Of a DNA stretch of 64,000 nucleotides, positions 60,618-64,000 are shown in pieces. The notes below the pieces were generated by a model that was given only the letters and a program-made list of their open reading frames with translations, had not been told where the DNA came from and searched no databases. The stretch is from positions 113,576-177,575 of the forward strand of contig JBAZUF010000001.1 in NCBI GenBank assembly GCA_041661505.1, in the 5' to 3' direction. The stretch comes from Patescibacteria group bacterium. Its GTDB lineage: Bacteria > Patescibacteriota > Patescibacteriia > Patescibacteriales > JBAZCA01. Within the stretch, counting starts at the first letter, position 1. Every line of letters begins with the position of its first letter. A program made the translations under genes and the position numbers.

Positions 60618-62108
60618 TCAGGCAAAAGGCAAATTTTCCGGCGCTTCGCCCTTATGTTTCGCTTTATCCTCCTTTTCATTTCTCCTTTCTTCCTCATCAG
60701 CCCAAGGCTTTTCCTCCTGGAAAGAAATTCCCGGCTCGGGCCGGATATCTTCGAAGAATTCGATCTTTTCCTGCACTTCGCCTTCAGAGTGGATTGGCAG
60801 GCCCATCGGCGCCTCGGCTTTGCGGCCCGGCGCTTTTTGCAAAAGCGGAGCGTTGACCGCCGATTCCAGCGGGAAATGCCAAAGAGTGGCCAGCTCCTCG
60901 ACATTCATGATTATCGGCAATTTTCCGATCGCTCCGTCGCGGCCTTTATAGCCTTTCATAATTTTATATTTTTTAAGATTTCTCCTTTCATCGACAAAAA
61001 AATAATGAGCCCGGGTCATAGTAAGCTCCATGTCCGGCCTTAAGCTATTTAAATCATTATCGACAAATTGCTTCATATATCCGACAAAGCCGCCGAAAGA
61101 TTTGCCTTTATGGAAAAGTTCCTTTTTGGCCAGATAAATAAACCTGATTTTAGTATTATAAGCGACTTTGGAAACCTTTTCCTGGATGGCTTCGACTCTT
61201 TTCTTTTCCGCCGGATTAAGCTCAATCATGGTCTTCACTTTTTTCTCTTCCTTTTTCTTTTCGTCTTCTATGTCCCCCCAGAGCTTATATATCGCTTCGC
61301 TTAAATCATGCAGAGCCTGAAGAAAGAGGGCAATTAGGGTTTCGCCAATGCCTTTTTTTCCCACTTCCTCCCCGAAAATTTTCTTGACTTCATCGTCGGC
61401 TATACCCATCCAGTCAAACCCGATGGGCTGGAGCAATATCTGGTACCACATCTGCTCTCCGGGGCCTAAAGATGACATGAGCGCCATTAGCGTGCCGTTG
61501 GGGTCTTTGAAAGACGATTTTTCGTCAATGCCGGGCTTGGCAACTTCAAATTTTTTGTAAGTCTTAATCGGATAAGCCGCCGGCTTGGTATAAGTGAATT
61601 CAGTTCCAACCAGATCCCAGGCTTCATCCGGAAATCTATCCGGCGTATCGCGGGTATAGTCGTCAATCTCGGTGATTTCCGCGTCAGGATATTGGGAATA
61701 GATCGCCGATTCAACCAGATCCCGGTACCGGAGCGGACTGCGGATGACGTACTGGATATATCCGTCGATAGACACGATTTCCATCGAAAAACGAAGCTGC
61801 CATTCACCCATCCACCAGCGCTCAAAAACATTTATGGTCATGTGGGCGCCTGCCAGATAATTAAAAATATTTTCTACCGCCAAAGGCGACTGCTCATTGC
61901 CGCGCGGAACATCAATCGCCAAAAAGACGTATTTCTGGGCTCTGGCGTATTGCAACTGGATATAATACAGCCAGACAGTCCGCGCCCCGAAAAGGTAAAG
62001 GATGAAAAGCGGCAGCCAGCCGGCGCCAAAAAAAATCTTCAGCAATATCTCATGCACCGGCAAACTGAAAAATTGTACGACCGTACTTAAATCAATTACA
62101 AAATCCAT
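60618..62108 (-). CDS. membrane protein (2 N-terminal TM plus ~400-aa soluble domain), conserved-looking partner of the ATPase; hypothetical
   Basis: TMs ILLKIFFGAGWLPLFILYLFG region, then FLAIDVPRGNEQSPLAVENIFNYLAG... and an acidic/basic tail. Directly upstream of, and co-oriented with, the ATPase. Confidence 0.6.
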   Translation of the reverse strand: MDFVIDLSTVVQFFSLPVHEILLKIFFGAGWLPLFILYLFGARTVWLYYIQLQYARAQKYVFLAIDVPRGNEQSPLAVENIFNYLAGAHMTINVFERWWMGEWQLRFSMEIVSIDGYIQYVIRSPLRYRDLVESAIYSQYPDAEITEIDDYTRDTPDRFPDEAWDLVGTEFTYTKPAAYPIKTYKKFEVAKPGIDEKSSFKDPNGTLMALMSSLGPGEQMWYQILLQPIGFDWMGIADDEVKKIFGEEVGKKGIGETLIALFLQALHDLSEAIYKLWGDIEDEKKKEEKKVKTMIELNPAEKKRVEAIQEKVSKVAYNTKIRFIYLAKKELFHKGKSFGGFVGYMKQFVDNDLNSLRPDMELTMTRAHYFFVDERRNLKKYKIMKGYKGRDGAIGKLPIIMNVEELATLWHFPLESAVNAPLLQKAPGRKAEAPMGLPIHSEGEVQEKIEFFEDIRPEPGISFQEEKPWADEEERRNEKEDKAKHKGEAPENLPFA

Positions 62109-62151
62109 ATAATCTCTTTAATTTATTTTACCATAATTCGGCCGATATAAC

Positions 62152-62183
62152 AAAAACCGCCCCAGAGCTTGGAGCGGTTTTTT
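62152..62183. terminator. bidirectional rho-independent terminator
   Basis: A5, ACCGC-C-CCA gagct TGG-A-GCGGT, then T6. Confidence 0.75.
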
Positions 62184-62199
62184 GCTGGTATAAGGAAGC

Positions 62200-63390
62200 T
62201 TAATTTTCTTTGGTTATATTAGCCGGTTCTTTGGTCCGGTAGCTGTTCCCGTCTCTCATAAACCGCTCTTTGTTGGCTAGAGCCAGGGCGATAGTGGTCT
62301 TTTTTACCATTCTTTCTTTTAATACCTGGTCAATGATTTCTTCCCGAGTAAGGGCGGCGCCGGCTTTATCGATGATTTCCGATATAATTTCAGCCACCGT
62401 CCCCTGCTTTAACCCCCATTCGGCTAAGCCATACATCCCCCGGCCGACTAAAATAAATTTGTCGTCTAAAATCAGCTCGTTGTGGGCCGAAGCGATATTG
62501 GTAGTTTTTTTGTCAAAACCAACCCCGTCTATTTTTTTAGCGATTTCGGCAAAATGCATCGGCCGGGTTTCGTTTTTTAACACCAGATAAATTTTTTCGT
62601 TTAAATTCCTCGGCTTGATTTCCGGCCAATGGGAAAGCCCCCAATGCCCGAAAACATTGCGGTCAATCGCTTTGGCCGCTTTGAATATCGAGTATAAAAT
62701 ATTTTTCTCTTTGCCTGGTTCGGTTTCAATTTTATCCTGGTAGTAAGGCGAGAGGTCGATTTCAACTTTAACATTATCAAGGCTTTCTTCCAGTCCGGCC
62801 GCGGCGGCGGCTTCGCGGGCCAAGGAGAAAAGTTCTTTAGTCAAAAGGATGCTTCCCTTTTCCCCGATCTTTTTTTTCAATTCGCCGATTAGCTTTACCC
62901 AGTGGCTTAAATCCTCTCCGGTAAGCTTGATGTGGGTTGAAAATGAGTCTGATTTATTGACCTCTTCAAAACCGTCAAGGATTTTTAAAATAATAAAATT
63001 ATAAAAATTTCTGAAAGCGCTTTCCTCGCCGGCCGGCTTTCCTTTTAATCCGTAATAGGCCAGGACTTCAAACAAATGGTCTTTTTCCATCATCCCGCCG
63101 TGGGCGGCAATCAATTCTTTAATTAAATTTTCCAGGGCGATCAGATTAACTTTGTCCCTTGATTCCCGGATCTTCCGCAGTCCGGCTGATTCGATTTGCC
63201 TTACTCTTTCGCGGGTAAGGTTGTGGATTTTCCCGATGCCTTCCAAAATTTCTTTTTCCCCTCCCTTTAGGCCGTGGCGCCGGATGATGATGTCTTTTTC
63301 CCGTTCTTTTAGACGCGAAAGCAGCTCCTCGGTAATTTCCGAAGGATTCAAGTTTGATAAATCCTCAATTTTGATTTTTACTGCGTCCAT
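62200..63390 (-). CDS. sigma-70 region-4-like HTH fused to HARE-HTH (RNA polymerase delta-subunit-type) domains
   Basis: N-terminus: LEGIGKIHNLTRERVRQIESAGLRKIR (sigma region 4.2 signature). C-half: MHFAEIAKKI...LILDDKFILVGRGMYGLAEWG (HARE-HTH signature) plus a second weaker copy. Confidence 0.7.
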   Translation of the reverse strand: MDAVKIKIEDLSNLNPSEITEELLSRLKEREKDIIIRRHGLKGGEKEILEGIGKIHNLTRERVRQIESAGLRKIRESRDKVNLIALENLIKELIAAHGGMMEKDHLFEVLAYYGLKGKPAGEESAFRNFYNFIILKILDGFEEVNKSDSFSTHIKLTGEDLSHWVKLIGELKKKIGEKGSILLTKELFSLAREAAAAAGLEESLDNVKVEIDLSPYYQDKIETEPGKEKNILYSIFKAAKAIDRNVFGHWGLSHWPEIKPRNLNEKIYLVLKNETRPMHFAEIAKKIDGVGFDKKTTNIASAHNELILDDKFILVGRGMYGLAEWGLKQGTVAEIISEIIDKAGAALTREEIIDQVLKERMVKKTTIALALANKERFMRDGNSYRTKEPANITKEN

Positions 63391-63504
63391 AAAAATTGCA
63401 AACGCCCCCTAAACACCTGCCTGTTCGGCCGGCATAACATTTTTTTCGATTAGCTTAATTAAAAGGCTTGGGGATAATCAAGTCTAGCTAATATAACACG
63501 AAAA

Positions 63505-63999
63505 TCATCCAAAGTCAATAGAAATTTCGGCTTTATTCCTCTTTATTATAAAAAAAGCTAATATTAAATAATATATTGCAAAATAAGGCCAATAATTGAG
63601 TTGTATTTGCGGATGGGAAAACGGAACAAGAGAAAGAATTTTTGTTGCTCCAATTAAATATTTTATCATGAGCCAAACCGGGAAAAAGGCAATCTTTGCC
63701 ATTAAAGGAATAAATAAGCCGAATATTATGCCGAGGACGGTAAAAATCATTATCGGCAAAATCGTCCACAAGGCGATTAAGTTCGCAACCGGAGCGATTA
63801 AAGATATAAAATGGAAATTATAAATCAAAATCGGCAGAGTAAGGACTTGGGCGGCCAAAGTTACAAGAATTGATTCGGTAAAAATCTTTGGGATAAAATT
63901 TAGAAGCTTGACTCGCCCGTACCACGTTTTTAAAGGGGGATAGAAGTAGACCAGGCTCATGGTTGCCATAAACGACAGCTGAAAGCCGACGTCATCCCT
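63505..63999 (-). CDS. comEC: competence protein ComEC/Rec2, C-terminal part of the membrane channel domain; 5' end beyond window
   Basis: Frame is open to the window edge (..RDDVGFQLSFMATMSLVYF). LTLPILIYNFHFISLIAPVANLIA is typical of the Competence domain. The protein ends without a metallo-beta-lactamase domain. Confidence 0.8.
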   Translation of the reverse strand, partial: RDDVGFQLSFMATMSLVYFYPPLKTWYGRVKLLNFIPKIFTESILVTLAAQVLTLPILIYNFHFISLIAPVANLIALWTILPIMIFTVLGIIFGLFIPLMAKIAFFPVWLMIKYLIGATKILSLVPFSHPQIQLNYWPYFAIYYLILAFFIIKRNKAEISIDFG

Positions 64000-64000
64000 T

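Noticed and set aside
1-64000. An alternative genetic code (UGA recoding, as in some CPR lineages such as Gracilibacteria and Absconditabacteria).
   Set aside because: All conserved genes (secA, secD, eno, pgk, gpmI, mreB, pilT) are full-length and uninterrupted under code 11. No in-frame TGA interrupts a conserved domain.

Overview
This 64-kb chromosomal window most likely comes from a small-genome Patescibacteria/CPR-type bacterium. That is an inference from gene content: compact housekeeping operons, type IV pilin, PilT and ComEC, a sigma-region-4/HARE-HTH protein, giant secreted adhesin-like proteins and many orphan genes. Conserved genes are intact under the standard code 11. About 85% of genes lie on the minus strand.

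Content in order:
- guaA (5' end cut by the window) and an amidohydrolase.
- The cell-shape operon mreB-mreC-mreD-mrdA. mrdA is interrupted by a frame change exactly on an A_AAA_AAC heptamer.
- A self-contained plus-strand cassette (8539-9916) with a near-consensus promoter, a long folded leader, an orphan 288-aa ORF and a multi-hairpin 3' region that holds a tandem RNA module with a tRNA-Met-like anticodon arm.
- secA and secD-secF. SecD carries parvulin PPIase domains inserted in its periplasmic head.
- A plus-strand trio of orphan secreted or membrane proteins.
- A ~14-kb block of surface proteins: two paralogues, a 2275-aa Ig-like/beta-helix protein and a LamG-lipase fusion.
- A second plus-strand mini-cassette.
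- Envelope glycan genes, an S8 protease with FG-GAP repeats, and mltG.
- A decayed pcm relic.
- A lower-glycolysis operon, pgk-pilin-eno-gpmI-gpmI.
- An HtrA-like protein lacking the catalytic triad, pilT, and small accessory genes including a SemiSWEET-like protein.
- A prephenate-dehydratase-fold protein next to a Fic enzyme, which has a triple 11-mer upstream.
- A VanZ-QueH fusion, a 185-nt imperfect palindrome, a processive GT2 and a PHP protein.
- A VirD4/TraD-like ATPase with a zinc-ribbon tail and a membrane partner.
- A sigma4/HARE-HTH protein and comEC (cut by the window end).

I recognised no rRNA, bona fide tRNA, CRISPR array or transposase. All family assignments rest on motifs read by eye. 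No searches or computations were run.
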